Below, one piece after another: positions 17,169 through 25,624 of a stretch of DNA of 27,173 bases; the stretch's first letter is position 1, and every line of letters starts with the position of its first letter. The position numbers and the translations under genes are program-made. The stretch is taken from IMG/VR virus record IMGVR_UViG_3300021399_000116, positions 104,796 to 131,968 of that record. The stretch is one strand, 5' to 3'. This DNA is from a virus. Lineage: Duplodnaviria; Heunggongvirae; Uroviricota; Caudoviricetes. The notes under the pieces were generated by a model that ran no database searches, had not been told where the DNA came from, and saw only the letters and a list, made by a program, of their open reading frames with translations.

Positions 17169-17197
17169 ATAATAAGATATTATATAGCCTAGCGCTA
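17140..17197 (+). repeat. 58-bp dispersed intergenic repeat, copy 2
   Basis: 50/58 identical to 7285..7342. Confidence 0.85.
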
Positions 17198-17258
17198 TCT
17201 AAAATTATAAAGACTTTTTATTTATTATATTAGGAAATATAATTTTGGAGGTAATAAA

Positions 17259-17537
17259 ATGGAAAAACAAGAAGTAACTTTTAGAGTATCTAAAGATACA
17301 GATACTAAGAAGTTAGCAGCAGCAATATATTCTAATTTAAAGAATACTGATAACATAGTTCTTAGTTGTATCGGAGTTCCTGCAGTAAATCAAGCAATCA
17401 AAGCGATTATTACTGCTAGAAGCTCTAGTGTTTGTAATGGTTTTGAAATCGCTAGTTACCCACATTTCTCAGAAGCTATAATAGAAGGAGAAGAAAAAAC
17501 TAGCATCAGTATAGTTTTGAAAAAGGAAGCTATATAG
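17259..17537 (+). CDS. spoVS: Stage V sporulation protein S homologue
   Basis: RVSKDTDTKKLAAAI...CIGVPAVNQAIKAIITAR...P.F....IEGEEKTSI matches the SpoVS pattern (KVS.KS.P.SVAGA...AIGAGALNQAVKAVAIAR...PAF..I.IDGEERTAI). Confidence 0.88.
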   Translation: MEKQEVTFRVSKDTDTKKLAAAIYSNLKNTDNIVLSCIGVPAVNQAIKAIITARSSSVCNGFEIASYPHFSEAIIEGEEKTSISIVLKKEAI

Positions 17538-17561
17538 TAAATATTTAGAAAGGAGAAGAAT

Positions 17562-19673
17562 ATGAGACAATTAGATAGTGAAGCAAAGAAAACAAGTGCA
17601 AATATATTAAAAAGTTTATATGAGTCAGCAGCATCAGTAAAGAAACAAATTAATACAGATAAGCCAGATGAAGCTCCTAAAGAGGAAAAAGAAGCTTTAA
17701 TAAAGAAAGTTCAAAAGCCAGAAGTTCCTCATAAAGAACATATAGTAGAAAGTGCAGATGAATCTATGGTATCTCTTACTCTAACTGATAGTATAGAAGC
17801 TGCAGATTTATATAGAAAGCTTGAGCCTAAATACAACTTAAATATAGAAGTATTTGAAAAAGATGAGTTAGGAAATTCAGACTATGTTATAAATGGTAAA
17901 AAGTCAGATATAATTAATATGTTAAATGAAGTAGACCCTAATATAGTTTATGAATTAGAAGACAGTGATTTTAAACCAGTAAATGAAATGAATGAATCTG
18001 CAGACCCATTTAAAGATGAAAAAATAAGACAATTGCAAGATAAAGTAGCTGAATTACAAGCTTATTTAACAGATACACCTGAGGTACCTGAAGATGAAAA
18101 AACTTCTATTCAAAGTCAAATAGATGAAATGTTAGATGAAATAAACTATTTAGAGAATGAATTAGAAGAATCTTCTTTAACAGAAAGAATAAATAAAGAT
18201 AATATTGGTATTAATAGAGCAATAGCAAATCCAAATTTAGGAAAAAATAAAGATAGAATAAAACAGGCAGGCTATAAAATAGATTATGATGGAGAAACAA
18301 TAATAAATCCTAAAACAGGAAAATCAGTTTGGCTACCAGACTATGATAGAGATAGTAAGAAAAAGGTAGATTTTAAAGGAAAACTTGATTCAACAAGAGA
18401 ACCTAAATCTACAACTTATGCAAAACCAACTTATGCTGGAAAAGGTAAACAAATACCTTCTAATGCTGTTTATAAAAAAGATTATGCTGGTGATGCTATA
18501 ATTGATTTTGATTCAGCTCAATCATATCAATCATATTTTAATAAAGACCCTAAGTCAATATCAAAAAATATAAATTATTATAAGAAAGCAATACAAGATA
18601 GAGATAAAGCTAAAAGCTCTGCAGAATTTAACAGAGAACATTTAGGTTACTATGAAGATAAAGTTAAAAATGCTCAAAAAGACTTAAATAAACAAAAAGA
18701 TTTTATAGATAAAAGAGAAAAAGAAGCGGATTTGGCAGAACAGAAAAGAAAAGAAATAATAAATAAAGCAAGAGCAAGAAGAAATGAATCAGCTTTAACA
18801 GAAGCTAGAAACCCAGAAAATGATGAAGCTAATGAACTTATAAGAACAGCATTAAATGACCCTGAATATGCTAAAAATCATACATCAGAATTAAGAAAAC
18901 ATGGGATAAAATATATTAAACCAGAAAAAAGATATGATAATGGTGCTTTAGAAGGTAAACAGGGAAGAAGATTAAATATAGTCGGTGACCCTGACTGGAG
19001 AAAAGATGATGTAAGAGATGTTACTAATTATGGTGGGTATGATACTGATAATGCATACGCTAAAGGATATAAATCGGATGATGCACGTGCAGATGAGATA
19101 GATTTACACCAAAAGAATTATAAAAATTCTAAGTCAGACTATGCATTAGCTAAAAATAATATAAAGAGACAAAGAACTAAAGTAGCTAACATGAAGAAAA
19201 AAGATGCTGGAAAATGGAATAGTAAAACATTTGATGCAGAACAAAAGCTTAGAAGTTATGAAAATACTTTAAAAAGAGGAATAACTGCTGGCTTCGCACC
19301 TTCAGATAAAATACACCCAGATACAGATTTAAAAGGATTTTTGAATGCTAAGAAACATTCAGATAGACCTTTAGCTAGAGAAAAAGACCCTAAATATAGA
19401 AGAGATAGAGGAGTAATTGTAGACCCAGCTAATAAAGATGTAGAAGATTACAAGTGGGCTAAATCAGAAAGAAAATACTTAGATAGGGAAAGAGAAAGAA
19501 TAAATCAATCAAATCAAGAAGACCAAGATAGAATAGAAGAAATGAAGAAAAGAGCAGCTGAAGAAAAAGCAAGAAGAGAAAAAGGATATAAGGCTCAAGA
19601 AAAAGACTGGAAGAATGTAGATACTAGACTTAATAAAAAATTAGATAAATATAGACAAAGAATGTCTAAATAA
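17562..19673 (+). CDS. Large mosaic protein (acidic N-part plus two basic duplicated modules); putative internal head polyprotein
   Basis: 703 aa; ESSLTE and ESALTE linkers each precede homologous K/R-rich modules. Function is inferred. Confidence 0.5.
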   Translation: MRQLDSEAKKTSANILKSLYESAASVKKQINTDKPDEAPKEEKEALIKKVQKPEVPHKEHIVESADESMVSLTLTDSIEAADLYRKLEPKYNLNIEVFEKDELGNSDYVINGKKSDIINMLNEVDPNIVYELEDSDFKPVNEMNESADPFKDEKIRQLQDKVAELQAYLTDTPEVPEDEKTSIQSQIDEMLDEINYLENELEESSLTERINKDNIGINRAIANPNLGKNKDRIKQAGYKIDYDGETIINPKTGKSVWLPDYDRDSKKKVDFKGKLDSTREPKSTTYAKPTYAGKGKQIPSNAVYKKDYAGDAIIDFDSAQSYQSYFNKDPKSISKNINYYKKAIQDRDKAKSSAEFNREHLGYYEDKVKNAQKDLNKQKDFIDKREKEADLAEQKRKEIINKARARRNESALTEARNPENDEANELIRTALNDPEYAKNHTSELRKHGIKYIKPEKRYDNGALEGKQGRRLNIVGDPDWRKDDVRDVTNYGGYDTDNAYAKGYKSDDARADEIDLHQKNYKNSKSDYALAKNNIKRQRTKVANMKKKDAGKWNSKTFDAEQKLRSYENTLKRGITAGFAPSDKIHPDTDLKGFLNAKKHSDRPLAREKDPKYRRDRGVIVDPANKDVEDYKWAKSERKYLDRERERINQSNQEDQDRIEEMKKRAAEEKARREKGYKAQEKDWKNVDTRLNKKLDKYRQRMSK

Positions 19674-19699
19674 TAAAATTTTAAGGAGGATTTTATATT

Positions 19700-20425
19700 A
19701 TGAGTAGATTAGGAAATGAAGATGTTAGAAAAACTGCAGGAGGAATACTTGCAAATTTAGTAGAAAGTGAGAACTTAAAAGTTAAAAAATCAGTTCTTAC
19801 AGATTTAAAAGGAACTGTAGAAACTAGAGTTTTAGAGGAAGCTGTAGAACCAGCTAAAGAACCAGAAGGAGCTAATGACCCAGTTCCAGGTGAAGGAAAA
19901 GAACCTTTAAAAGAGGAAGAGCCAGTAGAAGAAATTACTGATGAAGTAATAGATGCTCCAGCTGAAGAAGAAACACCAGAAGGGATGACAGATGATATAG
20001 CTAAAGCTACAGAGTTAATAGCTAAGATTTTTGCAGGAGAAGTTACTCCAGAAGAAAAAGAAGCTGCTAGAGCAGAACTTACAGATATGATAGCTGGAGA
20101 AGCAGAACCAACAGAAGAAGTTCCAGAGGAGGAAGCTGGAGAAGAAGTAGTTGAAGAAGGAGCTAATTGTACTGATTGTAAAAAAGAAGGATGCAATAGC
20201 AATAAAGATAAAAAATTAAAAGAGGAAGATGGAGATAAAATAGATGAAAAAATAGTAGAAGGACTAGAAATAGTAGATGTATCAAATAATGCATTCTTAT
20301 TAAAAGAATCTGCAGGATATATAGTAGGTAAAAATTACAATAAATCTACAGGATTAATTGAAGAAGCTGAAACATACAAAACAGAAAAAATAGCTAGAAA
20401 AGCTTTTGCTAGAATATCTAAATAG
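19700..20425 (+). CDS. Highly acidic protein, scaffold/head-core-like
   Basis: E/P-rich low-complexity sequence with LVE/LKE motifs; RBS AAGGAGG. Confidence 0.5.
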   Translation: MSRLGNEDVRKTAGGILANLVESENLKVKKSVLTDLKGTVETRVLEEAVEPAKEPEGANDPVPGEGKEPLKEEEPVEEITDEVIDAPAEEETPEGMTDDIAKATELIAKIFAGEVTPEEKEAARAELTDMIAGEAEPTEEVPEEEAGEEVVEEGANCTDCKKEGCNSNKDKKLKEEDGDKIDEKIVEGLEIVDVSNNAFLLKESAGYIVGKNYNKSTGLIEEAETYKTEKIARKAFARISK

Positions 20426-20472
20426 TTAATAAAGTTCCATGACTAACATAATATTTATAGGAGGTGTTAGTC

Positions 20473-20847
20473 ATGGAACTAACTAGTGTAAAAACTGCTG
20501 TAAAAGAAAGATTAGATGCAGTAGATGAATTTTCTAAAAGTCTACCAGAAATGAGAATGAATTTAACTAGAACTCAAATCAAAAATACAGATATAATGAG
20601 TGAAGAGTGGATTAAATGGTGTAACTTACAAGGCGAATTAAATCAAATGATTTATTCAGTGGAGTGGTTAGTAAATGAATTAAAAATAGCAATGTCTACT
20701 TTAGGAAATAATCTAGAAATAGAAATAAATCAAAAGAATATGTTAAGAAAGTCTGTAGATTTATTAGAACTTAAAATAAAGCCACTTAGAAATTTAATAA
20801 TGCCAATTCAAAATTTCGTGTATTTTTGTCAAAGAGAGTCAAGATAA
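20473..20847 (+). CDS. Hypothetical coiled-coil protein
   Basis: RBS GGAGGTG favours ATG 20473 over GTG 20464. Confidence 0.6.
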   Translation: MELTSVKTAVKERLDAVDEFSKSLPEMRMNLTRTQIKNTDIMSEEWIKWCNLQGELNQMIYSVEWLVNELKIAMSTLGNNLEIEINQKNMLRKSVDLLELKIKPLRNLIMPIQNFVYFCQRESR

Positions 20848-20871
20848 CTTTCTGGTAAGAAAGGAGAAAAA

Positions 20872-22140
20872 GTGAAATATAAAGTTTTAAGATTAGTTGA
20901 ATCTACAAATACAGATATAAAAAGAATGCAACAAGACTTATATGCTAGAGAAAGACAAGCTTTAAAAGATTTAGGAGACCCTAATTGGGAAGATTTAGTT
21001 GGATTAAAAGATAGACTACCTGAAGAGCAGTTTGATGCTTTTATGAAGGAAGAAGGAAAAATTAGAGCTATAGAAATGATACACTCTATTTTAACCTATG
21101 CAGAACCAGAAAATTGGACCACAGATTATATAATGTCTAATAAATATATGAAAAGATATATCGAAGAATTAGGAGAAGATGCTGTAGTTGAATTAGCAAA
21201 TCAAGAAATAGAAGAATATAAAAATAATGCTATTGTAGATAAGGACACTTACACAGACAGTGAAGGTGTAACATATAATTCAGTAAGATTTAAGAATGAG
21301 AGTGCTATTACTGAAAATCTAAAAGAAGATAACAAAGTAAACCATGTAGCAGAAGATTGGGAAAGACTACAAAAAGACCCTATGATAAATGCAAAAGAAC
21401 ATTGGAGTGATGCTTATTATTTTGAAGTCTTAGACTACGGAAAATCATTAGAAAAAGGTTTTTATTCTGAGTCAGTTATAACAGAAGATGTAGATACTGG
21501 AAAAGATTTAGAGAATGATTCTGTAGATGAAGTAGTAGATGATATTCAAGATGAAACTACAGCTGAAGAGGAAGAAGAGACTAGTACATTAGATGCTCAA
21601 TTAGAAGACTTAAGAGAAGTTCTTCCAGACTTAGAATTAAACTTATATCAAGTAACAGACAAAGAAGACAAGAATAAAGTCTTTTATTTTATAGGTAAAG
21701 TAGCTGAAGATAGCAATGATTTATTAATGTTGATAGATAATAATCCATCAGAAGATATAGATGAACCTTCTAACATAGATAATGAACTTCCTGAAGATAA
21801 ATCTGAAGAAGTTGATGATTTAACAGATGAAGAAACTAAAATAGAAGAGCCAGAGTTAGATGATGAATCTAAAGAAGATAGGTTTGATTTTATGAAAGTT
21901 CCATTAAAATATGAAGACTTTGCTACTTTAAATCCTAGATATGGAAACGAAATGAATCCAGACCATGAAGCCATTATGGAATATTTAATGAAGTGCTTAG
22001 TAGAAGAAAATCCAGAAAGAGCTGAAGAATTATCTAAAGAAGATAATATTGAAGCTGATGATAATACAAAAGTTCCATTAAACTCAGATATTCAAAAAGA
22101 GTTAGACGATAAAATGGAATATTATGCTAGTAAATTTTAA
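20872..22140 (+). CDS. Acidic mosaic protein, putative internal head protein
   Basis: 422 aa; ESAITE and ESVITE linkers; GTG start with RBS GAAAGGAG. Confidence 0.5.
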   Translation: MKYKVLRLVESTNTDIKRMQQDLYARERQALKDLGDPNWEDLVGLKDRLPEEQFDAFMKEEGKIRAIEMIHSILTYAEPENWTTDYIMSNKYMKRYIEELGEDAVVELANQEIEEYKNNAIVDKDTYTDSEGVTYNSVRFKNESAITENLKEDNKVNHVAEDWERLQKDPMINAKEHWSDAYYFEVLDYGKSLEKGFYSESVITEDVDTGKDLENDSVDEVVDDIQDETTAEEEEETSTLDAQLEDLREVLPDLELNLYQVTDKEDKNKVFYFIGKVAEDSNDLLMLIDNNPSEDIDEPSNIDNELPEDKSEEVDDLTDEETKIEEPELDDESKEDRFDFMKVPLKYEDFATLNPRYGNEMNPDHEAIMEYLMKCLVEENPERAEELSKEDNIEADDNTKVPLNSDIQKELDDKMEYYASKF

Positions 22141-22157
22141 AAAGAAAGGAGATAAAG

Positions 22158-24965
22158 ATGAAATTTAAACTACTAAAATTGATAATGAAAGAATCTTCTT
22201 TAAAAGAAGATGTAGAAGAGAAAGAATTATTTAATATCTTTAAAGATTTACCTGATGAAGTAAAGATAGATGGAATACAGTATAAGATGACTAACTATGG
22301 TGGAGAAGGAAATAATAACTATGCTGTATATGAAGATGTTAATAATCCGGATAGTTATTTAACAGTACACTATTCATTAAATAAAACAGGTGATGATAGT
22401 TATAAAGGTGTTAAAGAAATACATGCAGTTGATGATTTAAGAGAATCAGTTCTTAGAAGAGTAGCTGCAGAAGAAACTTTAGAAGAGTCTGCAGAAGATA
22501 GATATCAAGTGAGAGAATTTGATGGACCAGGAGCAAAGTTTGGAGTTTATGATACTAAAACTAAAAAGTTTGTTCAAAAAGGTTCTAAAAATGTAATGAA
22601 TGCAGCTTGCAATGATTTAAACAAAAAGAATTTAAAAGAAGAGTTTAATACATATAAGGATAAAGATGAAGCAGAATATTATAGAAACAAAGAATTATAT
22701 AAAAATTCTAATTTAGCTAGACATAGAGATGCTATGAATAAAGCTAAAAAAGCATGCGATAAGAAAGGCATTAAGTTAAAAGAAGAGGAAACTTCTTTTG
22801 AAGAAATAATAAATGAAATGTCAAACGCTGAAAGCTACGAAGAATTATATAATGCAGCAATGAAAATAGCAGACCCTGCATTACAAAATGATGTTACTAA
22901 ATTTATTCAACAGTGTGAAGACGATGGAGATAGTGTAGAAGAAGCTTACTCTATAGTAACTACAGATTTATTAGATGATAAAACTCAAGACTTAAATGAA
23001 GATGCTTATATTACTATAAATGATGGAAGTAAAGACGCAGATTATATAGTTCAAGATGTAACTGAGTTGGAAGATGTTGATGATGACACTGTAGAAGCTC
23101 CATCTGTTGAAGGTTTACTATCTTTAGTAAATGAAAGTTTAAATAATAAATATGGAAGTACTTGGGGATTCATTAAATCTAAATCTATTTCAATGAAAGA
23201 AAATTTACAATATGCTATAATAGATATAGTAACTCCTCAAATTTTAAGAGAAGCTAAAGAAAATAAAGTGAAAGACAATGCAGTATCTAAAACTATAATT
23301 TTAGAAAGTGTTCCTAACTCTAAATCTATGGTTAATTTAAAAGTAAATACTTTAGCTGGCACTACTAGATTTAGTCAAAAAACTAAAGAACCAGCAAAAG
23401 TTCTTACTAGATGGTTAGAGTCAGAATATTTATATGATGAAATGGTTAAAGACTTCCAAGATAAATTAGCTGCTAGACAAGCTACTTTAAAAGATTCTAC
23501 AGAGTCATACTTAAAACATCATCCAGACTTAAAAGTTAGAATAGATGTAATAAAAGCTCAAGAGAAGATGCTAAAAGATGCTGGAATGTTAGAAGATAGC
23601 ATGGATGACTTAGCTAGAACAGCTTATGCTATAGCAGTAGAATTTCCAGCTAATATAAAGGTAGATGGAAATAAAGACAATGAATACAATATGGAATTTG
23701 ATACAGTTGATGAAATAGTAAAAATTCTTTTTGGAGAGTCTTATGTAAGGGATATTCCTAAAGAAGAAAAAGAATTGGCAAAGAAGAATAAGAAAGTATT
23801 AAAAGATAACTTAAAAGAGGGAGCTCTTCCTAACATCAGTAAGTTCATTTATGATTTAGATAAAGATAGTGGAAATGCTTGGTCAGCTCAACATTATACA
23901 AAAGATGGTAATGGAAATAAGATAATAATAGTAAGTAAGAATGGAACTTCTGATAAAACTGCAGAAGACATTAAATCAGAAGTAGAGAATAGATATCAAA
24001 ATCTTAAAGGAGAAATAACAGAAAACGGAAATAATGTATGGTTTTACTTACAAGAATCTTCTCTAAAAGAGAGCTATGCGGTTAAGTGTGGAGATAAATA
24101 TGTTAACATGGAATATAATTCTAATGATGGTAAATACATATATTCATTAGTAGATGAAAAAGATGCTACTACATATAGTTTTTCTGATGGAGCGTATGCT
24201 TTAGCTAAAGATGTAAGCAAAAAAGCACAATTTAAAGATGCTAGAGTAGTACAAATATATAAAGAATCTTCTCTAAAAGAAGGATATGAAAACTTTAAAA
24301 TCGGAGAAATAGAAGGAACATTTAATACTTCAACAGGTGAAGCAATGTACTCTATACCTTCTAAGAATGTTACTGACAAGAAAATATCTTTAGATAAAAT
24401 ACCTTCTACAGATACTCCTTATGATACAGACACTATAATTAAAAACTACATTGAGACTCATTATGGTGTAATAGACAGAGAAACAGAAGTAGAAGTTGAA
24501 CCAGATGGAAACACTGAAATAGACACTGAAGTCACTGAAAAAGAACCTATAGAAAAATCTACAGATGTTCAAACTGCAGAAGAGGCTGAAGAACTAGAAG
24601 ATACTGGAGTAGATATTTCAGATGAATTAGAAGAAGACGCTCAATCAGAAACTGGAACAGCTAGCTTTTATAAAATCAGACAAAGAGAACCTTTAAGTAT
24701 AGAAGATGTTAATGAGAAAATAGCTAATGGAGGAAACTCTCAAGAGTCTGAATATATAGTAGTAAAAGAAATAAATTTAACACCTGATGAAATGCAATCA
24801 CTAACTTCAGATTTATCTAAACCTCAAGAATTTTTACAAGGTATAGAACCTATAGATAGAAAGAACTACCCATTTAACGTAGTAAAAGTAACTTCTGAAG
24901 TAGGACCTACTCTATTAATAGACCCTGTAGGTTATAATTATAGTCGTTATATAGCAATTATCTAA
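22158..24965 (+). CDS. Large acidic mosaic protein, putative internal head polyprotein
   Basis: 935 aa; three ESSLKE linkers plus many [LI]-x-E sites; RBS GAAAGGAG. Confidence 0.5.
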   Translation: MKFKLLKLIMKESSLKEDVEEKELFNIFKDLPDEVKIDGIQYKMTNYGGEGNNNYAVYEDVNNPDSYLTVHYSLNKTGDDSYKGVKEIHAVDDLRESVLRRVAAEETLEESAEDRYQVREFDGPGAKFGVYDTKTKKFVQKGSKNVMNAACNDLNKKNLKEEFNTYKDKDEAEYYRNKELYKNSNLARHRDAMNKAKKACDKKGIKLKEEETSFEEIINEMSNAESYEELYNAAMKIADPALQNDVTKFIQQCEDDGDSVEEAYSIVTTDLLDDKTQDLNEDAYITINDGSKDADYIVQDVTELEDVDDDTVEAPSVEGLLSLVNESLNNKYGSTWGFIKSKSISMKENLQYAIIDIVTPQILREAKENKVKDNAVSKTIILESVPNSKSMVNLKVNTLAGTTRFSQKTKEPAKVLTRWLESEYLYDEMVKDFQDKLAARQATLKDSTESYLKHHPDLKVRIDVIKAQEKMLKDAGMLEDSMDDLARTAYAIAVEFPANIKVDGNKDNEYNMEFDTVDEIVKILFGESYVRDIPKEEKELAKKNKKVLKDNLKEGALPNISKFIYDLDKDSGNAWSAQHYTKDGNGNKIIIVSKNGTSDKTAEDIKSEVENRYQNLKGEITENGNNVWFYLQESSLKESYAVKCGDKYVNMEYNSNDGKYIYSLVDEKDATTYSFSDGAYALAKDVSKKAQFKDARVVQIYKESSLKEGYENFKIGEIEGTFNTSTGEAMYSIPSKNVTDKKISLDKIPSTDTPYDTDTIIKNYIETHYGVIDRETEVEVEPDGNTEIDTEVTEKEPIEKSTDVQTAEEAEELEDTGVDISDELEEDAQSETGTASFYKIRQREPLSIEDVNEKIANGGNSQESEYIVVKEINLTPDEMQSLTSDLSKPQEFLQGIEPIDRKNYPFNVVKVTSEVGPTLLIDPVGYNYSRYIAII
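24052..24280 (+). repeat. Exact 19-bp direct repeats flanking a 70-codon cassette
   Basis: AAGAATCTTCTCTAAAAGA at 24052-24070 and 24262-24280; a one-mismatch copy at 22189 and a two-mismatch copy at 18166. Confidence 0.85.
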
Positions 24966-24986
24966 TTAACATAGAAAAACCTTCCA

Positions 24987-25022
24987 AGTCTAGATATATA
25001 ATTTTATATCTAGACTATTTTT
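24987..25022 (+). terminator. Intrinsic terminator
   Basis: AGTCTAGATATA / TATATCTAGACT perfect 12-bp stem followed by ATTTTT. Confidence 0.8.
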
Positions 25023-25119
25023 ATGTATCTGAGTTAATTCTAGTGCTTCTGAGATATAAGTATAACTTTGCTTTAAAAATAACTTTGAAAATATATTATA
25101 TTAGAGGAGGTAGATAATT

Positions 25120-25434
25120 ATGGAAAAATTTAGTCAACTATTCATAATGTCTTTCGTAGTTGTATCTATTTATGACATAATTAAATCTTTCTATAAAGAT
25201 AATAAAATAGATATAAACTCAATTGTAACTGCTGTTATAGGTATAGTTCTAGCAGTAGCCGCATCATTAGATGCTTTTGCATTACTTGGAATAAACTTTG
25301 CAATTCCTTATTTAGGAAGAGTACTTACAGGTTTAGTAATTAGTAAAGGGTCTAATTATGTATATGACTTTATCACCAAGATTATCTCAGTTATTAATGG
25401 TAAAGCTGTAGATGAGATTGATGGTGAAGGTTAA
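25120..25434 (+). CDS. Holin
   Basis: Small protein with 2-3 hydrophobic segments, GLVISKGSNYVYD motif and charged tail, upstream of the endolysin. Confidence 0.75.
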   Translation: MEKFSQLFIMSFVVVSIYDIIKSFYKDNKIDINSIVTAVIGIVLAVAASLDAFALLGINFAIPYLGRVLTGLVISKGSNYVYDFITKIISVINGKAVDEIDGEG

Positions 25435-25456
25435 AATTAAAAGGAGGTAGCAAACT

Positions 25457-25624
25457 ATGGAGAATGAAGAAACAAATAACTTAGAAAGTGAACTTAAAAC
25501 AGAAGATGGAACTTTTGTAGATTCAGTGTTAGATTCTTTAGAAATTCCTGAGATGTCAGAGAAAGAAGCTGATGAATATAAGGAACAAGAAAGAATAGAT
25601 ACTGTCTCAGAGGGAGGTCTATAA
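25457..25624 (+). CDS. Small acidic protein (55 aa) between holin and endolysin
   Basis: RBS AAGGAGG, MENEETNNLESELK...SEGGL*; TAATG overlap with the endolysin start; not in the ORF track. Confidence 0.7.
   Translation: MENEETNNLESELKTEDGTFVDSVLDSLEIPEMSEKEADEYKEQERIDTVSEGGL

Noticed and set aside
8226-20425. Genome-wide TAG stop reassignment (code 15)
   Set aside because: TAG ends several genes, most followed closely by the next RBS or start, and long ORFs are intact under code 11; only one suspicious internal TAG was seen.
6537-25052. AGTGCTTCTGA shared at 6537, 9423 and 25042
   Set aside because: Only 11-14 bp, one copy is inside a CDS, and it could be chance; too weak to call a site.
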